A stretch of DNA of 64,000 bases from Pseudomonadota bacterium (GCA_039191105.1 JBCCXW010000001.1:23353-87352), one strand, 5' to 3'; positions 39,907 to 49,546 are shown, counted from the stretch's first letter. A program made the numbers and translations. Notes: generated by a model not told the origin, from the letters alone.

Positions 39907-40715
39907 TTCTTCACCTCGATTCCAAGCTCTTCGCGAATTGTTTTGAAAGCGCTTTTGCGGCGGTTTCTGACCGTCTTGTCGGTGCAGCCGAGGATTTTAG
40001 AGATCGACGGATCGCCAGGAGCTTTAGCTTGGTCTTGAATTCCGGCTTCCTGCATATCGAGTATTCTCCTTTCGTTCTCCGGGAGTTTGTCAATCGCAGC
40101 ACGGAGCTGAAACCGGTAAGTCACTGTTTCTTCCGGCGTCATATTAGATGGGCTGTAGCGATCAAGACTCTCTTCAACCTCCGACGGGACGTCGCCCGTT
40201 TCATCGTACTCTAGCGGCGTGAGCGGTTTGTTCTTGCCATAGACTTTGCGCCCCGCGCTTGCCCTGAGCTTGGCAACAGCGCGATCGAACACAACCTCAA
40301 AGATATCAAGCCGCTCTTCATAGCTTTGTCGGTCTTGAAGAATAAGCATGGTGAAGCGCTCTAGGACGTTTTCTTGAAGGTCGGCTAAGGTGCCAATTTC
40401 CCCGATGCCGCCTGCAATCGTAACGTCTTTTTGCGGACACACGCGCCTTATTCGATCTTCGAGAATTTCGAATAGCAGGCCAAATCCCACTTCTGAATTG
40501 TGCTGCCGCGTCAGTCTTAAACGATGGACCAAGAGTTCCGACGGCACGTAGTCAGGTGACTTTCGATTGTGGTTTTTCGCTCTGTCGGCCAATTCATTGA
40601 TTGGTAACGCGGCGAATTCTTGGAGCAGCTTTTCGGTCCTAGGCAGCCGTTTGTACGGCTCTCCAGTTTTTCTGACTTTTCGGAGTGGCGGTGGTTCGTA
40701 GGTCGTGTCAGCCAT
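39903..40715 (-). CDS. Divergent sigma-70/ECF-like factor
   Basis: Region-4-like IDKLPENERRIL...ISKILGCTDKTVRNRRKSAFKTIR; alternative start 40760. Confidence 0.7.
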   Translation of the reverse strand: MADTTYEPPPLRKVRKTGEPYKRLPRTEKLLQEFAALPINELADRAKNHNRKSPDYVPSELLVHRLRLTRQHNSEVGFGLLFEILEDRIRRVCPQKDVTIAGGIGEIGTLADLQENVLERFTMLILQDRQSYEERLDIFEVVFDRAVAKLRASAGRKVYGKNKPLTPLEYDETGDVPSEVEESLDRYSPSNMTPEETVTYRFQLRAAIDKLPENERRILDMQEAGIQDQAKAPGDPSISKILGCTDKTVRNRRKSAFKTIREELGIEVKK

Positions 40716-40958
40716 GTTCTGCCCATCAGTATGAACATCAAGAATTGAAGGGCGTAACACTCCGATGTTTGTATTTGGACGGCATTACACGCGGAGTGAG
40801 TTTAGTTCGATTCTCGATCGACACGCGCGATTTATTTCAGAGTACTTCGTCTTTCGATCGTTGTCTAAATAGCAGGCGCTGAAGTTGATTGCCCTCCGTC
40901 CAACCCGAAAAATACGACTACGCGGCAATCTAAAAACGGCTCCGTGAGGTCTCAATGA

Positions 40959-41058
40959 TCGTGCGCCAAATCACGCCCCAGAACGTGTCCCAAATTTCGA
41001 GAAACCGAATCTACAAAATTGTTTTTATTATATATTTGTTGAATTATCGAGCGCATCG
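40959..41058 (+). repeat. att-like direct repeat, copy A
   Basis: Ungapped 100-bp match to 49547-49646, including exact AATTGTTTTTATTAT and TTATCGAGCGCATCG. Confidence 0.85.
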
Positions 41059-41187
41059 TCCGACTAGATTCTATAGTGATCACCACGATCAATAGACTGC
41101 TCTAAACGTATACAAAACAACGTCCTTGCTCGATTGCGAATAAGCCGAACAGCAGTGATTTCGTAGAACGCAAGCACGACTTCGAAC

Positions 41188-44100
41188 TTATATCACGCGC
41201 CTATGCGGAGCTTCGGCCAATGCATGTTGAGTGTCCGGATTTGGCGCGAACCAGCGGTGCAAAGCTGGCAAGACCAGAAGCGTAAGCACAGTCGATGACA
41301 CTAGCCCGCCGATAACAACAGTCGCGAGCGGTCTTTGCACTTCAGCGCCGACGCCGGTTGCAAACAATAAGGGCGCGAGTCCCAGCGCTGTAGTCATTGC
41401 CGTCATAAGCACCGGCCGTGCCCGCAATCCTGCCGCTTCAATAGCAAGTTCGTCGCGGTCGCGGCCTTCGCGCGCAAAACCATCCATAAAACTCACCAGC
41501 ACCATCCCGTTGCCGAGTGCGATGCCGAACAGGGCGATGAAACCGACGGTCGCAGGCACGGACACCGGCTGACCGGTCAGCCAGAGCGCCAGCGCGCCGC
41601 CGGTGAGCGCCAGCGGGATGTTAAGCAGGATCAGGATTGCAGATTTCAAGCGCCCGAACGCCAAAAGCAGCACAAGCAGAACGATGCCGAGTGTGATCGG
41701 AATGACGACGGCGAACCGGGCATTGGCCTGCTGCTGGAGTTCAAACTGTCCGCCCCACTCGACTCTGTATCCAGCTGGAAGATCAAGCGCAGCGTCGGTC
41801 GCTGCCTGAGCGTCGGCGACAAAGGAGCCGATGTCTCGTCCGCGGACATTCAGTTGAACGGTGATAAACCGCTCGCCATTCTCTCGCGTGATCTGCCGGG
41901 GACCAATCACCTCACGGATGTTGGCGACCGAAGATAGCGGCACCTGCGCCCCGCTTTCGCTTTTCAAAATCAGACGACCAATCGTTTCGGCGCTGTCGCG
42001 GCGGTCTTCTTCAAAACGGACAATGACCGGGAACTGGCGTACGCCCTCAAACAACGATCCGGCTTCCGCGCCGCCGACGGCCGCGCGCAGCGTATCCAGC
42101 GCGTCCTCGACCGTGAGGCCGTACCGTCCAAGTGCGGTCCGGTCGACGGAAACGACCAGTTGCGGTGCACCGGTGATTTGATCCGCCTGCACATCACTCG
42201 CGCCCGAGACGCCTTCGAGAATCTGTTGCAGGTCCTGCGAGCCTTCCAGAAGAATATCGGCGTCAGGCCCGAAGATTTTTACGGCGAGCTGGGCCTTAGT
42301 CCCGGTGAGCAGTTCGTCGACAGACATGGCAATCGGCTGACCGATATTTACCCGTATGCCGGGGAAGCTTTCGAGGTCTTGGGATATTGCGGCGCGCAGC
42401 GCATCTGGGGACAGCCCGGATCGCCACTCGGAACGCGGTTTCAGCGCGACAAAGGCTTCGATGCTGTTGACGGGATCAGCATGAGCGCCGACCTCGCCGC
42501 GCCCGATCCGGCTGACAACCGACTCGATTTCCGGAAAGCGGTCGAGCAAGCGGCGTTCCACTCGCGTCGATGTCTCCCGCCCCTCTGTCAGCGAGATCGA
42601 TGGCGCCATAGTGACCCGCAGCAGAATATCGCCTTCCTCAAGGGCGGGCGTGAACTCCGAACCGAGACGGGAACCGGCGAGACCGCCCACCAGAAGCAAG
42701 CCGATGGCGAGCGCCACGGCGGCAAGCCGCACACGGATGAAAAAGGCTGCGAGCGGCTTTACAAGGTCGGCTATCCTACCGCCGTCAGACGTCTGCTGTT
42801 TCGGAGGCTTTATCAGTCCATACGCCATCGCGGGCGCAATCAGGGCAGCGTAAATCAGTGAACCCGTCATGGCGAGCGCGGCGGCAGCCGCCAGCGGTCG
42901 GAACGTCTTGCCTTCCACGCCCTGCAGTGAAAACAGCGGCAGGAAGACGATGATGACAACAGCAACCGCGGCGATCAGCGGTGCGATCACTTCAGCGGTC
43001 GCGCGCGCGATCACATCGCGGTCAGTTTCATCGGGCCGCCGCTCGCGGAATCGCCGGTCGGCATTTTCAGCGATGACGATCGCACCGTCTACCATCATGC
43101 CAATGGCGATCGCGACGCCGCCGAGCGACATCAAATTGGCGCTAATCCCCAGCATGCCCATGGCGATGAAGGCGAAGCCGACCGAAAAAGGGATCGACAT
43201 GACGACGACGAGACTGGGCCGCCAGCCGCCGAGGAACAGGAACACAATCATCGCGACCAGCAAGGCGCCCTGCCAGAGCGCTGTCGTGACGGTGGATGCT
43301 GCACGCTGAACCAGCGTGCCCTGATCATAATAGGGCACGGCGCGGACGCCATCCGGCAATGCCGCGTTGATTTCGTCAAACCGGGCATGGGTGCGCTCAA
43401 TGACATCGGAGGTATTGGTGCCATAGAGTTTGAGCACCAGTCCCGCGACTGTCTCGCCTTCGCCATTGGCTGTGGCAAGCCCCTGACGCGCGCCGCCGCC
43501 AATGGCGACGGTTCCAAGATCACTGACGCGCACGGTCCGCCCGTCTACGGCTTTAACCGGGGTCTCAGCGAGATCGGCGATGGAACGCGCAAGCCCAACC
43601 CCGCGCACGGTATATTGCTCAGCGCCAACTTCGATGAACTGGGCGCCGGTTGTGCGGTTAGCGCTCTCCAACGCGCCGATCACATCCGCAACCTGCAGGT
43701 CATAGGCGATCAGAAGATCAGGATTGAGGCGGACCTGATACTGCTTTTCGAAACCGCCCAAGGCGAGAACCTCAGTGACGCCCTCGACCGATTGCAGCGG
43801 ATACTTGATCATCCAGTCAGCGATCTCGCGCAATTCCGTGAGATCATAATCGCCGGTCTCATCGACCAGGCGGAAATACATGATGATGCCGAGCCCGGTT
43901 GAAATCGGTCCCATTTTCGGGGCGCCGAAGCCATCCGGAATGCCTTCGGCCGCTTCCGGCAGGCGCTCGCCGACAACCTGGCGAGCGAAATAGACGTCCG
44001 TGCCGTCCTTAAAATAGACGTTCACAATGGATAGGCCGAAATTGGAGACCGAACGAACCTCTTCGACATTCGGCAGGCCGGACATGGCGGTCTCGACCGG

Positions 44101-44298
44101 GAAAGTGACATAACGCTCAACCTCTTCGGGCGAGAGACCTTCGGTTTCGGTGAAGACCTGCACCAGCGAGGGCGAGGGATCCGGAAAGGCGTCGACTGGC
44201 AGCGCGCGAAACGCGAACAGTCCGCCAATCGCCAGGGCGAGCGCCGCGATCGCGGCCAGCAGTCGGCCGCCAGCAAGACGGTACATGATATTTTGCAT
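41188..44298 (-). CDS. czcA: CusA/CzcA heavy-metal RND efflux transporter
   Basis: LPVDAFPD; AIGMMVDGAI; GFIALFGIALGNGMV; RARPVLMTAMTT. Confidence 0.95.
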   Translation of the reverse strand: MQNIMYRLAGGRLLAAIAALALAIGGLFAFRALPVDAFPDPSPSLVQVFTETEGLSPEEVERYVTFPVETAMSGLPNVEEVRSVSNFGLSIVNVYFKDGTDVYFARQVVGERLPEAAEGIPDGFGAPKMGPISTGLGIIMYFRLVDETGDYDLTELREIADWMIKYPLQSVEGVTEVLALGGFEKQYQVRLNPDLLIAYDLQVADVIGALESANRTTGAQFIEVGAEQYTVRGVGLARSIADLAETPVKAVDGRTVRVSDLGTVAIGGGARQGLATANGEGETVAGLVLKLYGTNTSDVIERTHARFDEINAALPDGVRAVPYYDQGTLVQRAASTVTTALWQGALLVAMIVFLFLGGWRPSLVVVMSIPFSVGFAFIAMGMLGISANLMSLGGVAIAIGMMVDGAIVIAENADRRFRERRPDETDRDVIARATAEVIAPLIAAVAVVIIVFLPLFSLQGVEGKTFRPLAAAAALAMTGSLIYAALIAPAMAYGLIKPPKQQTSDGGRIADLVKPLAAFFIRVRLAAVALAIGLLLVGGLAGSRLGSEFTPALEEGDILLRVTMAPSISLTEGRETSTRVERRLLDRFPEIESVVSRIGRGEVGAHADPVNSIEAFVALKPRSEWRSGLSPDALRAAISQDLESFPGIRVNIGQPIAMSVDELLTGTKAQLAVKIFGPDADILLEGSQDLQQILEGVSGASDVQADQITGAPQLVVSVDRTALGRYGLTVEDALDTLRAAVGGAEAGSLFEGVRQFPVIVRFEEDRRDSAETIGRLILKSESGAQVPLSSVANIREVIGPRQITRENGERFITVQLNVRGRDIGSFVADAQAATDAALDLPAGYRVEWGGQFELQQQANARFAVVIPITLGIVLLVLLLAFGRLKSAILILLNIPLALTGGALALWLTGQPVSVPATVGFIALFGIALGNGMVLVSFMDGFAREGRDRDELAIEAAGLRARPVLMTAMTTALGLAPLLFATGVGAEVQRPLATVVIGGLVSSTVLTLLVLPALHRWFAPNPDTQHALAEAPHRRVI

Positions 44299-44310
44299 AT
44301 GTATCGCCTC

Positions 44311-45627
44311 CTAGTGAACGTGGCCGTCGCCGAAGGCGTCTTTTTCGAGCTGGGCTTTCAGCGTAAAGGCGCCTTCGGTCACATACCGCTCGCCCTCGGT
44401 GAGCCCGGACCGGATGATTGTCTGGTCGCCGATCTGCCGTCCTGGCGTGACGGGCCTCGGCTCAAAGCCGTCATCGGTCGGGACGAAGACGACGGTGCGG
44501 CCTTCGACCTGAACGATGGCGCTGGAGGGCGCCATGACGGCCGGTTCGCCGTTTCCGGTTTCGATCTGTGCAGTGACGAACTGACCGGGCCTCAGCCGAC
44601 GCTCGGCATTGTCGACAATCATGCGTGCAGTGACGGTTCTTGACGTCTCGTCGAAGGATGGCAGGACCAGCGCGATCTCGCCAGATGCGAGCGCGCTGCC
44701 TGTGTTTGAGACCAGCCGAACCGGAACGCCGGGTTGCACAGCAGCGATATCCTGCTTGTAGACCGCAATATCAGCCCAGAGCACGCTGTCATCGACAATA
44801 GTGAACAAAGCCGGCGCGCCGGGGTCATCAGCTGACACAGTTGCGACGAGCATCGCTGTGCGCTGTGCAATAGTACCGCCAATCGGCGCGCGCAGGCGCG
44901 TTGTCGCGAGCGAGCCGTCCGGAGCGTCTGCGAGCGCGGCGAGTTCCGCATCACTGACGCCGACAGCGTGCAACTTGTTTTCAACGCCGCCACGCTGCGC
45001 GCGCGCCGCCGCCAGCGCGGCCCGCGCCGTTTGCAGATCCGCTTCGGACGTGATCCGGTCGGCGAAGAGTGTTTCTTCGCGCTCCAGCGCCTGACGCGCG
45101 AGTGTCTCCGCCGTTGCAGCCGACAGATATTCAGCTTTCAAATCGGCGAGTTCACGGCTGGCGAGGACGGCCAGCGTGTCGCCGCGTGAGACGGTATCGC
45201 CTTCGCCCTTCGTCAGCCTTTCGATCCGTCCGCTAACCAGCGGCGAAACGGCGGCGACACGATCAGCGTCAAAGCGAAGTTCCGCTGGCAGGCTGAGCGA
45301 GCCGTTGGCTGTGTTCATCTCTGCTGCGGCAACGATAATGCCGGCTTCGCGCGCCGCTTCGGGGCTCATTTCGACATGATCTGAATGTTCATCATCTCCA
45401 TGGTCATGACCTGCGTGCTCTTCCCGATCGCTGTGATCATCGTGGTCATGGCCATCATGTCCATCATGTCCATTATGATCGTCTTCATCGACGTGATCGT
45501 CATGGGCATGCCCGTCATGATCATTGTGATCATGCTCGGACGCAGACGGCGATGGTGCGTTGTTTCCGCAGGCCGGAAGGGACAAGCCTGCAAGAGTTAG
45601 GAACATCAGGGTAAAGATCAGTCTCAT
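44311..45627 (-). CDS. czcB: CzcB-like membrane fusion protein with His/Asp-rich N-terminus
   Basis: HDHNDHDGHAHDDH...; LRAPIGGTI; LRPGQFV; KDAFGDGHVH. Confidence 0.93.
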   Translation of the reverse strand: MRLIFTLMFLTLAGLSLPACGNNAPSPSASEHDHNDHDGHAHDDHVDEDDHNGHDGHDGHDHDDHSDREEHAGHDHGDDEHSDHVEMSPEAAREAGIIVAAAEMNTANGSLSLPAELRFDADRVAAVSPLVSGRIERLTKGEGDTVSRGDTLAVLASRELADLKAEYLSAATAETLARQALEREETLFADRITSEADLQTARAALAAARAQRGGVENKLHAVGVSDAELAALADAPDGSLATTRLRAPIGGTIAQRTAMLVATVSADDPGAPALFTIVDDSVLWADIAVYKQDIAAVQPGVPVRLVSNTGSALASGEIALVLPSFDETSRTVTARMIVDNAERRLRPGQFVTAQIETGNGEPAVMAPSSAIVQVEGRTVVFVPTDDGFEPRPVTPGRQIGDQTIIRSGLTEGERYVTEGAFTLKAQLEKDAFGDGHVH

Positions 45628-46910
45628 TGGAGACCTCCATCAAAAGGGACGGCGCCGATCAGGGCGCGAAGGCGCAAATCTTCGGCAAAGACCGCGCGCT
45701 CGGCTTCGATGACGGCGATTTGAGTCTCCAGCAACGCCGCGCGGGCGTTCAAAGTTGTGGTGAGGTCGAACCGGCCGACCTGATAGCCGCGCTCGGCGGC
45801 CGCAAAGGCGCTTTCCGCTTCCGGCAGGGCGTCTTCGGTAAGAATATCGAGGCGGGCCTGAGCGGCGCGGCGCGAGGCCACGGCGCTGCGCTGCTCCGAA
45901 AGCAGACGCTGCTCGATGACGCGGCGGTCGAGCGATGCCGCATCGGTGCGAAACGCGCTTGCGCGAGCAGCGTCACGACCGCGATCAAAAAGCGGCAGCG
46001 GCACACTGACCCCGGCGATGAACGCTTCGTCGCCGGTTTCTTCAAAACGCCGAAACCCAGCCGAAATCGTCACGTCTGGCAAGACTGCGCTGCGGGCGAG
46101 CTTTGTCTCGGCCTCTCGCGCGCGCAGCGCTGCATCGGCGGCGTCGAGCCGCGGATTGTCGGAGACGCCTTCCCTGGCTTCGACTGAACGGAAGGCGCCG
46201 CCAGGAATGGGCGGCCCGAATCGTGGATCAGCGTCGCCCCACAAAGAAGCGAGCGCATATCGCCGCGCATCAATCTCGGCTTCTGCGCCAGCCGCGCTTG
46301 CGCGCAGGGCTGCCGCATCCGCGCGGGCGCGCGACAGTTCAGGCGGCGCGGCCGCCCCGGCATCAACACGGCGTTCGACGGTCGCCGCGAGCCGGCCCGA
46401 AATTTCTGAACTCTCTGCAGCAAGGTCACGCAACGCCTGCGCCGCGAGAAGATCGGCATAAAGGAGCGCGGCCTGAAGCTCGACTTCCCTTAGGATGACC
46501 GCGCATTCGGCGCTCGCCAGCGCCTGACGCGCGCGCGCCGCTCGTTCGCTGAGACCACGCTTGCCCCCCAAGCGGAAGGTTTGCTCGATTGCTATCGTCG
46601 TCTCGGTCTGATCGAAACCCGACAAGGCGCCGCTGCCAGAGAAGTTCTCCAGTTCTATAAGGATACTGGGATTGAGCGGACGCGCAGCTTGATCGGCCTC
46701 CGCGTCAAGCGCGTTTGCTTCAAGGCCCGCCGCACGCACTTCGGGGCTGGCGCGGCGAATTTCGTTCAGCACAGCGCCAAGTGTCAGCGGCGCTCCGCTT
46801 TTGATATCGCTGGCATCGCCTTCGCGTCCGTCGCATGGCGCGGCTTTTGCGCCTGTCGCGGCGGCGACCAGCGCAAGGGCGACGGCAGCGCCCCGAAAAA
46901 TAGATGACAT
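45624..46910 (-). CDS. czcC: CzcC/TolC outer-membrane factor
   Basis: Signal peptide; LNPSI; VSVPLPLFDRG; AERGYQVG. Confidence 0.92.
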   Translation of the reverse strand: MSSIFRGAAVALALVAAATGAKAAPCDGREGDASDIKSGAPLTLGAVLNEIRRASPEVRAAGLEANALDAEADQAARPLNPSILIELENFSGSGALSGFDQTETTIAIEQTFRLGGKRGLSERAARARQALASAECAVILREVELQAALLYADLLAAQALRDLAAESSEISGRLAATVERRVDAGAAAPPELSRARADAAALRASAAGAEAEIDARRYALASLWGDADPRFGPPIPGGAFRSVEAREGVSDNPRLDAADAALRAREAETKLARSAVLPDVTISAGFRRFEETGDEAFIAGVSVPLPLFDRGRDAARASAFRTDAASLDRRVIEQRLLSEQRSAVASRRAAQARLDILTEDALPEAESAFAAAERGYQVGRFDLTTTLNARAALLETQIAVIEAERAVFAEDLRLRALIGAVPFDGGLQ

Positions 46911-46980
46911 TTGAGTTGAACTCCTCGAAACAAACCAGACCAGACGCCCGGCAATTCGGCCGGACGCGCATCAGGGCTGG

Positions 46981-47322
46981 CTAGGATCGAGGGGGACGAA
47001 AAAGTCCGCCGGGAGGTGCGCGGGTGATAACCGAAATCAGCGCCGGGCGGAGTTTAGCCGGAAGCCCCAGAGGGGCGAGCTCGGCTGCGACGTCCCGGCG
47101 GATGATATGGATATGGCAGGTTCCGCAATTATGAACGTGATGCTCATGTTCGCCTGACGTATCGTCCTCGGGCGCCTCAGCGTCGTGGTCAATCGAGCAG
47201 GAGACAACCGAGCCATCATCGGCGTGCGCCGCAGACGCTATGGGCGCGAGCGTAAAGGTCAACGCGATCAGCGCAGCAATGCAAAGCCTCAGGGCCGGAA
47301 AGATCGACGTTAAACTCATCAC
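46981..47322 (-). CDS. Small His/Cys-rich periplasmic protein (CzcI-like position)
   Basis: Signal peptide; EHEHHVHNCGTCHIH; C-terminal LFRPPR. Confidence 0.65.
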   Translation of the reverse strand: MMSLTSIFPALRLCIAALIALTFTLAPIASAAHADDGSVVSCSIDHDAEAPEDDTSGEHEHHVHNCGTCHIHIIRRDVAAELAPLGLPAKLRPALISVITRAPPGGLFRPPRS

Positions 47323-47363
47323 TCTAAAATACTATACCAATATCTTAAAATCGTTAATCCTGA

Positions 47364-47780
47364 TTAGTGATTTCCATGCGCGTCATGGTCATGGCCGAGC
47401 GTCAGTTCGATATCCGGACAACGAACCCTTGACCGCTCAGCGCCTTCTGCGTTCCGGGTAATGAAGCGCGTCTCGCTGAGTTCCAGGATCGTCAATTCGA
47501 CAGGCGTTTTTGATTGTCCGTCATCGCTGAGCGGAAAATCATTATGAGTCATGGTCAGCGTATCGTCGCTCGTATACCACGATCCTAACGAATGCAGGTC
47601 GCCATCCTTTGACAGGAAGACTGCAACAACGCCGTCCGACATCAACAAAGTGATCGGAGCGGTCTCGCAGGCACCCGCCGTGTCGCCGCTCGCCCAGGCG
47701 CCTGTCGCCATATCCGACGGCGTTTCTGCAGCTGCGCTTTGCGCCCAGATCAGCGCCAAAATGAGAGATAGAGTTCGCAT
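47364..47780 (-). CDS. Secreted hypothetical protein with His-rich tail
   Basis: Signal peptide ending ASA-like; C-terminal HDHDAHGNH; first gene after a MerR promoter. Confidence 0.65.
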   Translation of the reverse strand: MRTLSLILALIWAQSAAAETPSDMATGAWASGDTAGACETAPITLLMSDGVVAVFLSKDGDLHSLGSWYTSDDTLTMTHNDFPLSDDGQSKTPVELTILELSETRFITRNAEGAERSRVRCPDIELTLGHDHDAHGNH

Positions 47781-47801
47781 ATCGTGTTTCCTTCGACCTT
47801 T

Positions 47802-47832
47802 CTTCTACACGCTACAGTGACTGTAGACGCAA
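47802..47832 (-). promoter_or_regulatory. MerR-type promoter/operator for the czc-like operon
   Basis: Minus strand TTGCGT-19 nt (CTACAG-TCA-CTGTAG dyad)-TAGAAG. Confidence 0.75.
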
Positions 47833-47840
47833 GGCGTAAT

Positions 47841-48281
47841 TTACATAGGCTGCAATCGCTCATGCGCGTCGCTCAGACATTCGCCATGATCGTTAAGCGC
47901 GGCCATCACCTGGCAACTGCCGACCTTGCCGCCTTCGCATGAGGTGATCATGCGTTTCAGTTCCGCCTCCAGCGCTTCGAGCTGGTTCAACCTTTTGCGC
48001 ACATCGGCCAGCTGATGCCGGGCGATCGTATCGACGGCGGCGCAGTCATGGTCAGGCTCGGTCTGCAACTCGATCAGATCCCGTATCGCCTCCATCGGAA
48101 AACCGAGATCGCGGGCGTGCCGGATGAAAGACAGGCGCTGAACCGCATCGTCGCCATATTGCCTCTGGCCGCTGTCGCTTCGGTCCGGCGTACCCATAAG
48201 ACCGATGGACTCATAGTAACGGATAGTCGTCACCTTGACGCCTGCAGCCTTCGATAACCGCCCGATGGTCATGGATTTCAT
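47841..48281 (-). CDS. MerR-family divalent-metal sensor (ZntR/CadR/PbrR-like)
   Basis: TIGRLSKAAGVKVTTIRYYESIGL; three Cys: HDCAAV and SCEGGKVGSCQ. Confidence 0.93.
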   Translation of the reverse strand: MKSMTIGRLSKAAGVKVTTIRYYESIGLMGTPDRSDSGQRQYGDDAVQRLSFIRHARDLGFPMEAIRDLIELQTEPDHDCAAVDTIARHQLADVRKRLNQLEALEAELKRMITSCEGGKVGSCQVMAALNDHGECLSDAHERLQPM

Positions 48282-48300
48282 GAAACGCCCCCTTAGGGTC

Positions 48301-48331
48301 TTGCCTCTACAGCCACTGTAGACTGTAGAGT
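48301..48331 (+). promoter_or_regulatory. MerR-type promoter/operator for the CDF gene
   Basis: TTGCCT-19 nt (CTACAG-CCA-CTGTAG dyad)-TAGAGT. Confidence 0.8.
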
Positions 48332-48365
48332 TTAAGAAATCGAGTCGCGTTAGGGAGCCTGAACC

Positions 48366-49010
48366 ATGGCCGGATGTTGTGAAAACAAGAGTTTTGATGG
48401 CGTATCGCCCGCCTATAGACGCGCCTTGCTGACGGTCATCGCAATCAACGCCGTCATGTTCGTCGTCGAAATGAGCGCTGGCATGCTGTCCGGGTCGCAG
48501 GCTCTAAAAGCCGACGCGCTCGATTTCGCCGGAGATACGGCGACTTACGCCCTCAGCCTTTTTGTTATCGGGGCAAGTCTCAGAACACGGGCGATCACCT
48601 CATTGATCAAAGGCGGCTCGCTCGCTGCGATCGCTATTGCGGTTCTTACCATGACACTACTTCGCGTGTTGGATGGCGCGCCGCCGGAGGCGGCGACGAT
48701 GGGCGTCGTCGGCTTTCTCGCGCTGACGGCCAACGTCGCGAGCGTGCTGATCCTACTCAGATGGCGCGACGGCGACAGCAATGTGCGCTCGGTCTGGCTT
48801 TGCTCGCGCAACGACGCAATCGGCAATGTCGGCGTGATCCTCGCTGGCGGGCTCGTCGCCCTAACCGGAACGGCCTGGCCGGACCTGCTTGTCGCTGTTC
48901 TTTTGGCAGGCCTGTTCCTGAAATCAGCGAGTGCGATCACGCTCCAGGCCATGAATGAGTTAAAGTCGGCCGATTATTCCCATTCGGCCGAAACCGGGAG
49001 CGCCTCATGA
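48366..49010 (+). CDS. Short CDF-family cation transporter
   Basis: SQALKADALDFAGD; SVWLCSRNDAIGN; N-terminal CC. Confidence 0.9.
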   Translation: MAGCCENKSFDGVSPAYRRALLTVIAINAVMFVVEMSAGMLSGSQALKADALDFAGDTATYALSLFVIGASLRTRAITSLIKGGSLAAIAIAVLTMTLLRVLDGAPPEAATMGVVGFLALTANVASVLILLRWRDGDSNVRSVWLCSRNDAIGNVGVILAGGLVALTGTAWPDLLVAVLLAGLFLKSASAITLQAMNELKSADYSHSAETGSAS

Positions 49011-49459
49011 CCCTCCGTATTCCCCCAATCATTCAATTCCTGGTTTGCGGCGCGCTCGGTTGGGGCCTGTCCCGGCTTGCCCCGTTTCTGGCGTTCGAAG
49101 GCGCGTGGCGTAATGTGGCGGCGTTGCTTTTCTTCAGTGCAGGCGCGGTTATCCTGGCGCTGGCGCTCAGCGCATTCATTCGCGCCCGCACGACCGTTAA
49201 CCCGCTCGCGCCCGAAGAAGCAGAATCGCTTGTCACCTCCGGGCTCTACCGGATCAGTCGCAACCCGATGTACCTGGCAATGGCGCTGGTCTTGACGGGC
49301 TGTGCATTCCTGTTTGGCAATCTCGCCGCCTTTGCCGGGCCTCTTCTTTTTGTTTCGTTCGTGACGCTGTCCCAGATCAAACCGGAAGAACACGCGCTGC
49401 AGGCAAAATTCGGCGCCGCGTTCGCAGCCTACCGCCAGTGCACGCGGCGATGGATTTAG
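49007..49459 (+). CDS. Isoprenylcysteine carboxyl methyltransferase-family membrane protein
   Basis: LVTSGLYRISRNPMYL; QIKPEEHALQAKFG..F..Y...TRRW. Confidence 0.88.
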   Translation: MTLRIPPIIQFLVCGALGWGLSRLAPFLAFEGAWRNVAALLFFSAGAVILALALSAFIRARTTVNPLAPEEAESLVTSGLYRISRNPMYLAMALVLTGCAFLFGNLAAFAGPLLFVSFVTLSQIKPEEHALQAKFGAAFAAYRQCTRRWI

Positions 49460-49546
49460 TACTTGGATTCCCAGATGAGTTTTATCGGACCGCTTTACAT
49501 TAGGCAGCGAAATGCACCTTGGCCGGAACAAGTTGTATGAAGTTTT

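Larger units (their letters stand above)
1..41058. mobile_element. trb-type integrative conjugative element (ICEMlSym/Tn4371-like), left end not in window
   Basis: Backbone order ardA...DUF736-fseA-rdfS-traF-relaxase-traG-copG...trbBCDEJLFGI-DUF2274-DUF736; att-like end at 40959-41058. Confidence 0.85.

Noticed and set aside
45385-45540. His/Asp-rich low-complexity tract as a novel repeat
   Set aside because: Ordinary metal-binding linker of CzcB-type proteins.
41231-46498. Long plus-strand ORFs opposite czcCBA (e.g. 42160-42861, 45627-46187, 45916-46461)
   Set aside because: Antisense shadows of GC-rich genes; no motifs or RBS; Arg/Ala/Ser-biased.
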